Below are positions 14,416-27,675 of a DNA stretch of 64,000 nucleotides, piece after piece. Below the pieces are notes generated by a model. It saw nothing but the letters and a program-made list of their open reading frames with translations, searched no databases and was not told the origin of the DNA. The DNA comes from Eledone cirrhosa (taxonomy: Eukaryota). Made by a program: the position numbers and the translations under genes. How positions within the stretch are numbered: the first letter of the stretch is position 1; every line of letters starts with the position of its first letter. Location: assembly GCA_964016885.1 (NCBI GenBank), contig OZ024758.1, forward strand, positions 6,386,001-6,450,000, written 5' to 3'.

Positions 14416-14895
14416 AATATTAAAACAATGAAATTAAACACAAAACTGTTAATTCATAGTAAAACACATTATTTTACGATCGTTTCTGGGAGGTAGTTCT
14501 CTGTATGTTCATTCAATTATTGATCTATGTAAAACATATTACAAAATATCATAGTAAGAAAGAAATACATACGTCTTCACTACCCGCCACACACACAAAT
14601 ATAATATATATATAAATATAAATTATATTTGTGTGTGTGTGCACGCGCGTTTGTAGATATATACAGGGAGATAGATAGAGAGACAAATAGATAGAAACAT
14701 GCATGTATATATATATATATATATACTAACAAAATTAAAGATGTCATGTCTGAGAAAATCAGAAAGATGTGCCATACAACTTGTAGAAGTAGCTCAAAGA
14801 TTCTAAGTAACAAATCCGAGCATTTATTAGAATTAAATTTAAAGCCGATTGACATATATATATATATATATGTATGTATATATATATATATGTCA

Positions 14896-15497
14896 GGTCA
14901 CCAGTTGGTGCTACTGGTAACATGTATCCCAGTACAACCTGTCCCATGGTCGGGTCGTTGGCGACTAAACTGGCAACCCCACCAAGGTTTCTTGGTGAGG
15001 AGGGTGACTTTGGACATCCTGCAGGACTAAAAACAAAACCTGTCAAAGGGCAAAGGAGCTCTTAAGAGTCAATGGCCATCCAAAATCACCGGGAGAGATG
15101 ACCCCTTAGCCTTTGTCAAGGCAGAATTCTAGGAGAAGGAAAACTCTGATATAACACCTGCAACCCTGATGGTATCCAATGATGTTGACTTGTTCTTCTT
15201 TTTGGTAAATATCATCTTGGTTAAGAGAGTGGGACTGGCTTTGTGCAGTGCCTTTGCTCACTATAAAAGCTTCACGGCACAGGCATTGCTTTATATCTGG
15301 AGATCTCTCTGCACTTGTCGTCACATGGTACCATGGGCCCAGCACTATGTGTCAATAATTGTCACAAGTGTAGTGTTTGTACCAGAGTTTTCAAGTCGCT
15401 GGCTGGACTAAAAAGTCACACTCGTTCAGCGCATCGGTAGGGGTTCTCCTACATGGATATAAAGTAGTGGCCGTACTCAAAAACGAGTTGGCAGCCA

Positions 15498-15500
<3 letters not shown>
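14896..15500 (+). mobile_element. RTE-like LINE 5' end/UTR
   Basis: GC-richer block between TA tracts containing 'taagagtcaatggccatccaa...ctaggagaaggaaaactctga'; homologous in reverse to 1086-1365 and 51830-52083. Confidence 0.5.
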
Positions 15501-15531
<31 letters not shown>

Positions 15532-15533
<2 letters not shown>

Positions 15534-15706
15534 CGAAGAAAATGTGGTAAGGAACCAGATGGACCATAACGCACCAAAGTACTCAATACTTAGGGTAGTA
15601 GAGTGGGTAATAGGAACGAGTAGGAACCCGACGGCTGAGCTCAAGCCGTTTCGATTGAATTAACCGTCGAAACGGCTTGAGCTCAGCCGTCGGGGTCCTA
15701 CTCGTT

Positions 15707-15711
<5 letters not shown>
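15532..15711. mobile_element. Family A copy
   Basis: Same outer termini as 13257-13450 but a different internal inversion junction; (TA)n on both sides. Confidence 0.8.
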
Positions 15712-15755
<44 letters not shown>

Positions 15756-15910
15756 AACATATCATTGACAGGGAATAATTTGTAAATAGTGTAACATATT
15801 AAAATTTAACGAGAACTTTGAATATAGATTATTTTATATAAATATATATATATATATATAAGTAGAAGTGGTATTTAATTTGTTGGAAGTCATTTATAAA
15901 ACAAACTTTG

Positions 15911-15975
15911 TATTTTATCTGATGAAAGCGTACCAATGTTGTCTTGGTTACCCTTGAAATATATATAATAAAATA
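15911..15975 (+). ncRNA. Hammerhead motif, family C
   Basis: TATTTTAT-CTGATGA-AAG.GTACCAA...TTGGTTAC.CTT-GAAA-TATATAT-A-ATAAAATA: 8-bp stem I and self-complementary AUAUAUAU stem III. Host element ~15861-16014 lies between TA tracts. Confidence 0.7.
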
Positions 15976-16108
15976 AATATGGTTTTATAAATATAGTTTC
16001 CATTTATTTAATTAATATATATATATATATTGTTATACTTGGGGAGGGTCATATTTGTGTAATATTGCCAGAATTAATATATATGTGTGTGTGTATATAT
16101 ATTTTTTA

Positions 16109-16163
<55 letters not shown>

Positions 16164-16169
16164 GTATAA

Positions 16170-16200
<31 letters not shown>

Positions 16201-16619
16201 CGTGTATATATATATTTTTTTATTTAATTATATATATATATATATATATAAATATATATATGCTTATGCATGCCCGTGCGTGCGAACTCCTATTTCTGTG
16301 GGTATCTGTGTGCTTTGTTATGTATATGCATATGCATATATGAGTAACTGCGTATACATATACGTATGGAGATATATAGGAGAATGGAAGCCGTATAATG
16401 ATAGCATGTATAGATTTCGAAGTCGCGCACTTTTAGAAGCATTGAGAAATATTGAACGTCTCTACAGTTCTGCTAGTAGCAAGCTAGCTACAACATAAAC
16501 GCTGAGACTTGTATCCGTTCTCACGTGGTAATTATCATTCTTGCACCACGCCTGTGTTCATGACAAACATTGTTTGGATTTCTCCCTTTGTTTTGACTTT
16601 TTTCTGCTGCCACTGTTGG

Positions 16620-16650
<31 letters not shown>

Positions 16651-16772
16651 GTTCTTATTTTTGTTGTTGTTCTGTTTGTTTTCTTTTGGTTTTTATTTCA
16701 AAGTTCATTTGGAGATTTCATTTTCATGACGCTAAAATTATTTGCTTCTAGAAAATGTTTGTATATATATAT

Positions 16773-16817
<45 letters not shown>

Positions 16818-16818
16818 T

Positions 16819-16884
<66 letters not shown>

Positions 16885-16885
16885 T

Positions 16886-16927
<42 letters not shown>

Positions 16928-17030
16928 TTAAATGTTAATACATTTCTCCTAAGATAGATAAGAGAAGAATATCTTTTTAGAATATATACATATATACATA
17001 AATACATATATATATATATATATATATATA

Positions 17031-17083
<53 letters not shown>

Positions 17084-17794
17084 CGTACATATAACCTCAA
17101 ACACTTGCGCACATACACATACACACACACATATATATACATATATATACAAACATACACACACACACACACGCACACACACACTCACACACTCACACAC
17201 ACATACATGTATAGTGAGAAAGTGATAGAATATTAAATGTAAATAATTGTTTCTATTTTTGGCACAAGGCCAGCAATTACACAGTACATTACTGGTACTT
17301 TATTTTATCGACCCCGTTAGGATGAAAGGCAAAGTTAACCTCGGCGGGATTTGAACTCAGATAATAAAGGGACAAACAACACAGTTTACAGTCCAAAATA
17401 TATAATATATTTAGTAGAAATAATGGTTTCTCATACAGGCACAAGGCCAGTAAATTAGGGGGAGGGGAAAGTCTATTAAACAGACCCCAGTGAGTGACTG
17501 GTACTTTATTTTATCGACCCCGTTAGGATGAAAGGCAAAGTTAACCTCGGCGGGATTTGAACATTGATAATAAAGGGACGAACAACACAGTTTACAGTTC
17601 AAATATATAATATATTTAGTAGAAATAATCTTGGGTAAATGTATTTGTGGGGGAAGTAATTCACTGACAATATTGCATGAAATTATCGCTGCCGGGATTT
17701 GAAACTGGATTTGGAAATATTGTTCTTGGGAATTCTCCAGAGAGAGACTTTCCGAAGGAATATTAACAAGAACGTCATATAAACAACGAAAATA

Positions 17795-18072
17795 ATAACT
17801 ACAACAGTAACAACAACAACAACAACAACAACAGCAGCAGAAACAGTAACAACAACAGTAACAACAGCAGTAACAACAGCAGCAACAACAACAACAACAG
17901 TAGCAACTAGAACAGTAACAACAACAACAACAGCAACAGCAACAACAACAGCAACAGTAACAACAGCAACAACAGCAGCAGCAACAACAACAGCAACAAC
18001 AACAGCAGCAACAACAACAGAAACAGTAGCAACAGCAGCAACAACAACAACAACAGCTACAGTAACAACAGC

Positions 18073-18109
<37 letters not shown>

Positions 18110-18152
18110 GTAACAACAACAACACCAGTAACAACAACAACAACAACAGCAA
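17795..18152. repeat. (CAA/CAG/TAA)n compound trinucleotide repeat
   Basis: Direct reading; the poly-Q frame is interrupted by TAA/TAG stops. Confidence 0.95.
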
Positions 18153-18239
18153 GAAGAGAAAAATATAACAGAAGAAACGAAACTACTTAGTTATTACTTA
18201 TATACAGACGCACAAACTCACACACCCATATATATATAT

Positions 18240-18354
<115 letters not shown>

Positions 18355-18860
18355 GTACACATTTCTGTGTACGTCCTTGTTGTGAGTGTGTGTCTGTGTG
18401 TGCTTTGTATGTGAGTGTGTGTTTGTGTTTGTATCTGTGTGTGTGCGGTGTGTGTGTGTGTGCCCGCGCTTTGTATGTGAGTGTGTGTTTGTATTTGTGT
18501 CTGTGTGTGTGTGTGTCTGTGGTGTTTGTTGTGCGGTGTGTGAGTGTGTGTGTGTGCGGTGAGATTGTGTGTGTGTGTGCGGTGGGTGAATGTGGGTTTA
18601 TTCATTGCTCTGACCATCACTGTATGTTCAAATATTCGAAAATCATAACATACTTTGTTTTCGTTGAAGGAAGATGGAAAATCGGAGCCTTAGACCGTAC
18701 TATATATATTATATATATATATATATATATAATATAATATTATAATATATATATATATATATACACATATATATATATATATATTATATATATAGTTATA
18801 TATATATATAACAAAGGAATTGTGGTAAGGAACCAGATGGACCATAACGCACCAGAGTAC

Positions 18861-18954
18861 CCCCTTGACAAGTTCGGCTATTTATTCACCAGGCTAAAAA
18901 TTCTAATTTAGTCCAGAAATAGCCGTCGAAACGGCTTGAGCTCTACCGTCGGGG
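18861..18954 (+). ncRNA. Complete family-A hammerhead with U3:A8 core
   Basis: CCCC-TTGACAA-G-TT-CGGCTATTT...AAATAGCCG-T-C-GAAA-CGG(CTTGAGCTCTA)CCG-TC-GGGG with a GUC triplet; lies in family A copy 18810-18970. Confidence 0.75.
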
Positions 18955-19561
18955 TCATACTTTTTCCTATATATATATATATATATATATAAATATTATA
19001 TTATATTTATATATATTATAGTAAAATTTATTTATAAAATTATCATTGGTACATAAATGTTTTTCGGGATTATCCACTGCTCATAATATGCGAAATTAAC
19101 GCCGCTGTGTTTCGAACTGGGATTTAGAAATTTCGTTCTTCAACATTTTTCACGCTTTTTTACGGAATATTAACAGTAACTCAGTAACATCACTATAAAA
19201 CTTAACGACATCAACAACAACAACTGCAACAAGTCAAAGCAAGAACCGACTTTTTATTTTACGTACTAATTAAATATTTTATATAAGCACACCCAAATAT
19301 CTATTAAATCTAATGAGATTCCCGTGTGTGTGTGTGTGCGTTTGTGTGAGTAAGTGTATTTGTGTGTGTGTGTGTGTGTGGTGTGTGTGTGTGTGGTGGA
19401 TGTATATGAGTGGGTGTGACTTTGTGTGTGTGAACGTGGTTTTGCCCCATCTCTTGACCATTTCTGTATTGCATAAGTACATGAGTACTTCCGATCACAG
19501 AAAACATCAGAAAAATCATTACGTCCTTTCGTTTAAAAAAAAACGTAGCGTATATATATAT

Positions 19562-19595
<34 letters not shown>

Positions 19596-19865
19596 CCGTA
19601 CATAGTCATAAATATACCCTCATTCATATATACATATATAAACACCACCACACATACACTCATATATATATATATATTCTATGTCAAAACTGAACTTATA
19701 ATATTTAAGGTGAGTAAATTTATCACTATTAATTATATTATTATTGTCATATTTCTAAAATAAAAAAAAAAACTAGAAGAAATTATTATTAATCAGTACC
19801 TAATGCTCACTGGAATACCAGACATATGTGTATATGTTTGTATGTATAAGCATATATATGTATAA

Positions 19866-19917
<52 letters not shown>

Positions 19918-20530
19918 TATACATATATATGAGAGAGATACACAGATATATATATATATATATATAAATTATACAATTATATATATATATATGAGAGAGA
20001 GAGAGATACATATATATATACGTGTGTGTATGTTTTTCTCTCTGTCTCTGCTCTCTCTCTCTTTCTTACTTACTTTCTCTCTCTCTCTCTCGTTCCCTCT
20101 CTCTTTCCTTACTTCCTTAATTTGCACTAATTACTTCATTTGCCGCCATAATAATTAACTCCTATTCTTTATTGTTCTGTTTTTATAATCATACTCTAGA
20201 TGTATTATAGTTTTGAACTGTATTAACTATCGATTAGCTATGTTACCGTCCTGTATTATTGAAAATATATTTTTTACACATTTTCTTATTTAACAAAAAT
20301 ATATATATTTTGGACTTATCCACGTTAAGTATTTTTTGTATATTGTTTTTAGTAAGCATGATAGACTGCGTTCGTAACTAAATAAATGTTTTAAAGTTTC
20401 TTCGAATTCAAATCGAAACCGGTTAAAGTATATTACACTCCAATTTCATTAATAAAATACTTTTGAACTTTCTGATATATTATTCGAATAGTAAATCTGT
20501 TTACGTTACTGGGGCTACAAATATGCCCTG

Positions 20531-20730
20531 NNNNNNNNNNNNNNNNNNNNNNNNNNNNNNNNNNNNNNNNNNNNNNNNNNNNNNNNNNNNNNNNNNNNNN
20601 NNNNNNNNNNNNNNNNNNNNNNNNNNNNNNNNNNNNNNNNNNNNNNNNNNNNNNNNNNNNNNNNNNNNNNNNNNNNNNNNNNNNNNNNNNNNNNNNNNNN
20701 NNNNNNNNNNNNNNNNNNNNNNNNNNNNNN
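20531..20730. other. Assembly gap (200 N)
   Basis: Run of exactly 200 n characters. Confidence 1.
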
Positions 20731-20739
20731 ACATAATGG

Positions 20740-21200
20740 AAGTGTTATCTTAGCCTTTCAAAAACCCATGCAAACCATTAAATTTACTTTGGTGTCAAAC
20801 TTTTCGTTGAAATTATTGTGAGTTGGTCACTGAAACGGTACCACTGCAGCTATCGAGTTCTTCATTGTTAATTGGTTATATTTTCCTCTGGATTAAGTTC
20901 CAAGAACACTTAACTTCACAATATTTCACACCTGGACTTTAATACCATCTAAATATGTATTCTATATCACACGTTCCTTTAATCAGGTGATGTCGCTGTT
21001 CATTTTGCAAATCATATTTTTCTTATTGGCATTGGGATTTCTTAGTTCTTGGTGTATAATGTTACATTATTTTCTTTTTATTCCATGCTTCTGCATTAGT
21101 AAACCGATTAAACATCAATCGTTGACCTTTTCGGTCCATCTGTTTTGGTTTAATGCCATTAAGTCCACATCAGTAGGCAAACCAACGATCTGCCAAATCT
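20740..21200 (-). mobile_element. Highly decayed LINE RT fragment
   Basis: Minus strand 'tttgcctactgatgtggactta' resembles FADD(V)DL, followed by a decayed KYLG-like segment; many stops. Confidence 0.35.
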
Positions 21201-22952
21201 CAGCTTAACGATTTGAAGAACGAACACATTCCTTAATTAAGTCAGACACAGAACGTGTGTCAGACGTTATGTGTGAACAAAAAAATAAATAATAATAATT
21301 GTTTCTACTTTTGGAACAAGGCCAGCAATTACCCAGTACGTTACTGGTACTTTATTTTATCGACCCCGTAAGGCAAAGTTAACCTCGGCGGGATTTGAAC
21401 TCAGATCGTAAGGGGACGTAACTATGCTGGAAAGCATGTCCGACCCTCTACCGATACTGCCAAAAGGAAAACAGGATGGCAAATCTGAAACACCTTTGAC
21501 CATAAATCTGCATTTTATTGAGCAGAGATACCAACGCCCAAACGTCACACGTAGGGGGATAAGGAAGTCGTGACATTCATACATTTACCAAGAAAGTTGA
21601 TGAGCTGGCCAGCCGCAGGTGTGAGCCGCGCGATCTGGAATGGCTTTTTCCAGCGCGTCTCCCTTGCCGTCCTCCGGGGAAACGCCTTCTCCATTCTGTC
21701 CACCGGGGCTGTGGGGAGGCCACCAATATGATTGACTGACTTGTCATTTTATCAGTCAGATGTTTTTAGACGTCTATCAGTGTACGAAGATAAAACTTCG
21801 TCACCGCTAAGTAGGTTAAGGAGGGGCAATAAAGAAGGGCTATAAAATTTGTCATTCTTAGTCCGGCTTACAAATAAGATCTAAGATAAATAATAGAGTG
21901 AGTTGGAAACTTTCGATTAACTGAGACTCTCCAAGTAATTAGTAGGAATATTTCTCCTACTTCATTTAAGATGTAAAAATATCAACTGAGATCTCTCAAA
22001 TCATTCTTTAATTCTTGATAATTCTGGATCAATGTAAATTCAAACGAATATCGTCATTAAGGCCAACTGTTGACACCAACAGACATGTTTCGGATTTATT
22101 AGGACCTCTTCATTAATATCATCAATGGATCTGGTATCAAAATGTCGTACGGGAGCTTTCTGTATAACAAATATGAATAGAGTAGGATCTCACATAGTAT
22201 CGTGAGTTGAACATTGTTGATCAATTCAGAGTATGTAAATATATACTAGTAACCAAAATCTCTGAATCTAATATAAGGGAGACAACACAAATAAGATCTG
22301 TTGATCGAAATTTTGACCAATAGAGATAATAGTTTGGTGTGGATCTGGACGTAAAACCCAACGTGTTTCGGTCTTATTAATAACAATTAAATTTACTAAT
22401 GTAATAACTAGGTTTACACCATAGGCGCTGAGCTGACCAGCCGCAGGTGTGAGCCTTGCGAGATGGAATGGCTCTTCCAGCGCATCTCCCTTACCATCCT
22501 CCGAGGAAACGCCTTCTCCATTCTGTCTGCCAGGTTAACTGACATCTGACTGTTCAAAGAAGACTTCAAAAGGAACTAGTAGTGACTTCTCTTGAAAATG
22601 GACAAAATTTCACATTTTATCGACCCCGTAAGGATGAAAGGTAAAGTTAACCTCAGCGGGATTTGAACTCAGAATGGCAAGGGGCGACGGTTGGACGGGA
22701 AAAGAATTTAGAAGCAAATAGTGTAAAGTCTGTCTCGAGCCCCAAAAGCTCATCAGGCCGGTGCTTATGCCGGTTTCCATAGCCTGAATTGACTGAGAGT
22801 ACAAGACACCCTCTTAGACAGAATCCCAGTCCATCTCAATGTTAAAGCACTTGTTATTGCTGGTACTCATTTTCAGCTAGCTGAGTATACTGAAGCAACG
22901 TGACTTCTACTGGAGTAGCGACTTCTCTTGAAAATGGACGAAATTTCACAAC

Positions 22953-23150
22953 ATGGTTTTAGTGGAGACTTCTGGTGTCTTTGGCCCTAGGGCTACCTCC
23001 CTATTTATCACCATAGGCGCTGAGCTGGCTAGCCGCAAGTGTGAGCTTCGCGAGATGGAATGGCTCTTCCAGCGAATCTCCCTTACCATCCTCTGGGGAA
23101 ACGCCTTCTCCATTCTGTCCGCCGGGGCTGTGGGGCGGCCAGCACGTGGG
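22953..23150 (+). mobile_element. CRE-like LINE 3' end fragment
   Basis: 'VETSGVFGPRATSLFITIGAELASRKCELREMEWLFQRISLTILWGNAFSIL' matches the CRE-type C-terminus (ET.G..G....QR.S....RGNA.SIL). Shorter copies at 6767-6857, 21598-21720 and 22417-22530. Confidence 0.8.
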
Positions 23151-23755
23151 ACCCCATTTGCTCACATTACAGAGAGATGGGGAGGGCGAGAGAGATAGAG
23201 GCGATGACGGTGGGAGTTCGGTTCTTCCGTGTTCGGACATATTGCACCTGCCATGTGGTTCTTGTGATATTTTTCTAGAAAACTATTTCCACATAAAAAT
23301 GTTACTATACACCAAGATGTATATTTTAAAGGAGAACATGAATATGTTTTGAGATTAGAATATTTCCGAGTTATTAGCAAAGGAAGTTTCGTTATTTCTT
23401 AACTGGATCGAATTAGTAAGTGCGGATATTCTGAGGAATTAATCTACCAGAAAGTTATGAATGTATTCTTGAAAGCAAGATGTATGTAACTAATAGTTAC
23501 TGATTTCTAGTGATTTATAGACGAGTTTGCAATAAACTAGGTTAATGGAGTGAATACTTGGCATTTACATACATGACTAAAGTTCTATGTATTGAATAGA
23601 TTTCTCTCATGTTTATACATAAATGAATATGTTATACGAATATATAAATACGATATATATATAAATTATTTAGCCTGATAGTGGGTTAAGAACCCTCGGA
23701 GAAATGGGAAAAGATGAGTATTGACGTACTCCCTTGTACGTCAATACTCACCTCC

Positions 23756-23808
<53 letters not shown>

Positions 23809-23879
23809 ATGACGATATTGCGAAAATGAGTATTGAATACCGAAGTAGAGTTTAACATTATTCTCTATTTTGGCTTAAT

Positions 23880-24960
23880 GATGAGTCTTGTTACTCTGTA
23901 ATTTCACCTCTGTATTCACAGAATCATCATAGAAGACCTTTTTCTGGTGACCATGTATGTTCACAGGTGATACCTGTTGATTATACCATTTCTTAGAACA
24001 ATTGAAATTTCCAACCAATAATCCGACCCACTTTGTCATGTCGCCACAATTTATATTTCTTATGTGGTATTCCTATACGTTTATTGACAATATGAATAAC
24101 GGTTTCATTTCTTGATCCACATATTTGACACTGATCTGTTACATCGTTAGTATGTTTCCTTGTCCTCAGAGACTGATCCCACGCAGCTATTAAGAATACT
24201 CCTGTCTCCTTTTTCATGCAACTTTTCTCTGATCCACTTCCAACTTTTCTCTCCTCTTATTGCTTCAGTGTTCACATAGAACTTTCCATCACAAGCCTTT
24301 CTACCGTTGCATTCTAGCAGCAAATATATCTTATCTTTTTTCTTTGATGAATATTCTTTCTCCTTTTCTTTGATGAATATTTCTTTGCTGACTCTTACAT
24401 ACTGACTTAAACTCGCAAAATCCATGTCAGCACACTCTTCTCAATTGATAAGACATCTCCCTCCCAATATTTCCTGCCAATATCTTAATGAAAACCCTGA
24501 CTGTATCCACTAATGCGTCAAGTAGTGTTTCATTCTTTCTGTATAATTTAAGGTTATCTATAAACAGGAGGTGAATCATAGAACACTTTCCTTTTTCCAG
24601 CTCATATCCGGCTTTCTCCTCAACATCATTGTAAGAATCATCGGAGCAATTACAAATAATAGTTGCGGAATGTTATAGTGAATTTCTCGATTTATTCTCA
24701 CTTCTCCAAAATATCGATCACCAACAAATTCCGTTTTCCATTTTTTCATATTATTTTCAATCATTTCTGCCATATTATCTGCGACCGACTCAGACTATTT
24801 TCATACTTTCCAGAAGCATGATACCCTAGTATAACCCTTTCGATAGTCAATCAATCCCATGGCGAGTCCAGATTGTCTCCTTCTGTAATTCCACATTAAC
24901 ATTTTATCAATTAACACCAGGTCTTCTCTGCAGTATCATGGCTTCATATCAATCCCCTAT
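23880..24960 (-). mobile_element. Decayed R4/Dong-like LINE (RT to zinc knuckle)
   Basis: ORF pieces 'GEVRINREI...QLLFVIA', 'HLLFIDNLKLY' and 'ETGVFLIAAWDQSLRTR...CQICGSRNETVIHIV...RHDKVGRII' occur in the expected order. Confidence 0.85.
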
Positions 24961-25454
24961 TAATGTCTCCAAGCTCATACCTTTCTTATGGCATCTGTAC
25001 TTCTCCTTGTTCATTCACATTCGAGGGTGAGCTGTAAAAGTCATAGGCTGATTATGAAGGTGTGATACTAGGGCTGTGAAATCTTGCGTACATTAATTTC
25101 AAATCATGAATTCAATATCCTCATTATCCTGTTTACCCCCGTGTTTCTTATTGCATGGATTGCTTGGACATGCCCAATAGAATGTATTGCTACATGTAGC
25201 CTTCCTTTGTGGGTGTCAGCTATCTGAGATTAGTCTTTTCCATATACGACGGTAGGCTAAAAGGTTCGTAGGCTGATTATGGAGGATTGATGCTAGAGCT
25301 GTGAAATCTTGCATGCATTAATTTCAACTCTTCTTATTAACAACTGCATTGTTCCTTTCCAGGGACTATGTTGAAAAATAAACCTCATTTGGTCATTCCT
25401 TGAGAGTATCTTGGTTAGCTTATGAACTTTTCAACCAACCCTTGTATCTTTCTG

Positions 25455-25638
25455 ATTTGGCAGTATCAGTAGAGGGTCGGACGCCATGCTTTGACGCATT
25501 GAGTTACGGCCGTTGCCATTCTGAGTTCAAATCCCGCCGAGGTTAAACTTTGCCTTTCATCCTTACGGGGTCGATAAAATAAAGTACCAGTAATGTACTG
25601 GGATAATTGCTAGCCTTGTGCCAAAAGTAGAAAATAAT
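25455..25638 (+). mobile_element. Meta-domain-like SINE
   Basis: Near full-length copy of the major SINE. Confidence 0.9.
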
Positions 25639-27254
25639 TTTCGCATTATCGATCTTTTTCCACATCGTTTTATGTCAGATATCTCTGTATCTCTTCCAAC
25701 TCTAACTCTGTTAACCACACGTTCACTTTTTGTTTGGTTCACTAAGAAAATAGAATTTCATAACCAGCTTGTTGATTTATTTTATCGATTTTGTTCTTCA
25801 GTTTCTTCTGCTGACAGTCGCATCACGTGGGCGGGTTTGTGATGCTCAAATATTACGTATTTTTTCATACGCAAACTGATCTTCTGTCGTCAAAATAACT
25901 CTGCAGGAGCAGGTCATAACAAATGACTAAGAGTACTGCAGTCCCTCGTCAATCACAACATTTTTAGTTCCCTTCTCAGTATTCTGACTTTTCCACATAA
26001 GTTTTTGAAATCCAATTTTGCATTTTCTTTGTCACAACACGAAGAGCTCCAACAACCACCGGATGTCCGCAACCCTATCCAATTCCCAAACTCGCTTTAT
26101 TTCATGTTTCAAGATTTGATAATTTTATTCTTTTAATGCTTTTTTCTGCCATTTTGTCATCTCTAGGTACCACTACGTTAATACTTAGACAATATCTTAG
26201 ACGCTTGATATAGCAGGAAGAGGAAAGGAAAGTTGTGGTAGAGAGATAAGTACTGCTTCATCCCAGTACATTTGTTAATAGTTGGGTGGATCTAGCAGAA
26301 ATTGCCCGAGGGAATGTGTCTACTCTAGTACTGGGGGGTCGATTCTTCCTCTATATCTCTTTCTCACTTCCTTTCCCTCACACACTATCTTTCTCTTGAA
26401 GAAATCTGCTGTGTTCAGCCCTAGAGAGGGATGGGCTCCGCCAGGCTTAAAATATACAAGAAACACCATATGTCCATATGGCGCCCCCACGTCTCTACCA
26501 GGAATGAGGTACTATACCATAGTTGAATAATTTCTTCATTTCTTAAAAAGATATATTACCCACTGTCGAGACTAAGACATCGATTGATTAGAAGTCGTTT
26601 CTTTTATTTTGTGACTTTTAGCTAAAATATATGGTCGATTGAATTTGATCTCTCTCTCTGTAAATATTAGCATAACCCAGCGTATGGTTGCTTTGTCATT
26701 CTGTGACATTCTGTGACCTTTTCTAGTGTATGCCTATACACTTTGTCTTTGCTCTACTTCTCTTCTTTTCTGTTGGTATTTCATAATGCTATCATAAGTT
26801 CTAGTGTACAGATGTTCCAACTCAGCTATATCTGTGACTGTGGATCCATTCTTTCTTGGATAAGACTGGGCAACTCAATATTAACTGTCTCTACACTATC
26901 TCCGTCTATTCTGCAATTACTTGGTGTATTCTGCTGTATTGTGCGCCTTTTGTGTCTTCTGGGGCGGGGGAAGATTTGATATTGAGCCACAATCGATAAT
27001 CTTTCAGTCTCAGCTTCAATCGTATTCTTCTCAGTCAGGGCTGAGAGTTTTCCTCCTTCATCTTTTTCGGGAATTGGCAACGTAGATGCTTCCTTTCTTA
27101 TTGATTTATCATGGCATTCTGTAGCCCTATTTTTAGCTTAGATTTTATCAATCTTACAATTCGTGCTGTTCTTTCTCCCTTTTCCTCATTCCACTTTCTG
27201 TTACGTATTTTTATTTTTAAGAGAGTTGAATATTTTCGGGGGGGGGGGGGGGGG

Positions 27255-27675
27255 GGGCAGTGGTCTAGTGGTAAGGGTGTTAGACTTAGCTGCGTGGCCT
27301 AGTGGTAAGGGTGTTAGACTTAGCTGCGTGGACTAGGGGTAAAGGATTTAGACTTAGGAGCTGGGCCTAGGGGTAAGGGTGTTAGACTGCGTGCGTGGAC
27401 TAGTAGTAAGGGTGTTGGACCTATAATCCTAATGTCATTGGTTCGATTCTTAGAATGGGTTGTGTGTTGTGTTCTTAAGAAAAAAACACTTAATTTCACA
27501 TTGCTCCAGTATACTCATCTGAAAATAAGTACCAGTAATAGCCGGGGATTTAAACCTGAGATACACTGGCGTCCTGTTCAGTAGGTGGGGAGTCTTGTAC
27601 TCTCAGTCGGTTCACGCCATGGAAACCGACATTAACACCAGCCTAAGGAGCCTCCGAGCTCAAGACAGACTTTAG
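27255..27675 (+). mobile_element. CORE-like SINE with five tandem 34-bp A-box heads
   Basis: Unit 'gctgcgtggcctagtggtaagggtgttagactta' x5, then B-box 'ggttcgattc', CORE-like body and 3' tail. Confidence 0.8.

Noticed and set aside
17795-18152. Poly-glutamine coding exon
   Set aside because: The Q frame is interrupted by stops, and there is no splice or coding context.
20385-20430. GAAA-CCGG-TT-AAAG hammerhead-like 3' half
   Set aside because: The 5' core and stem II are too degenerate to call.
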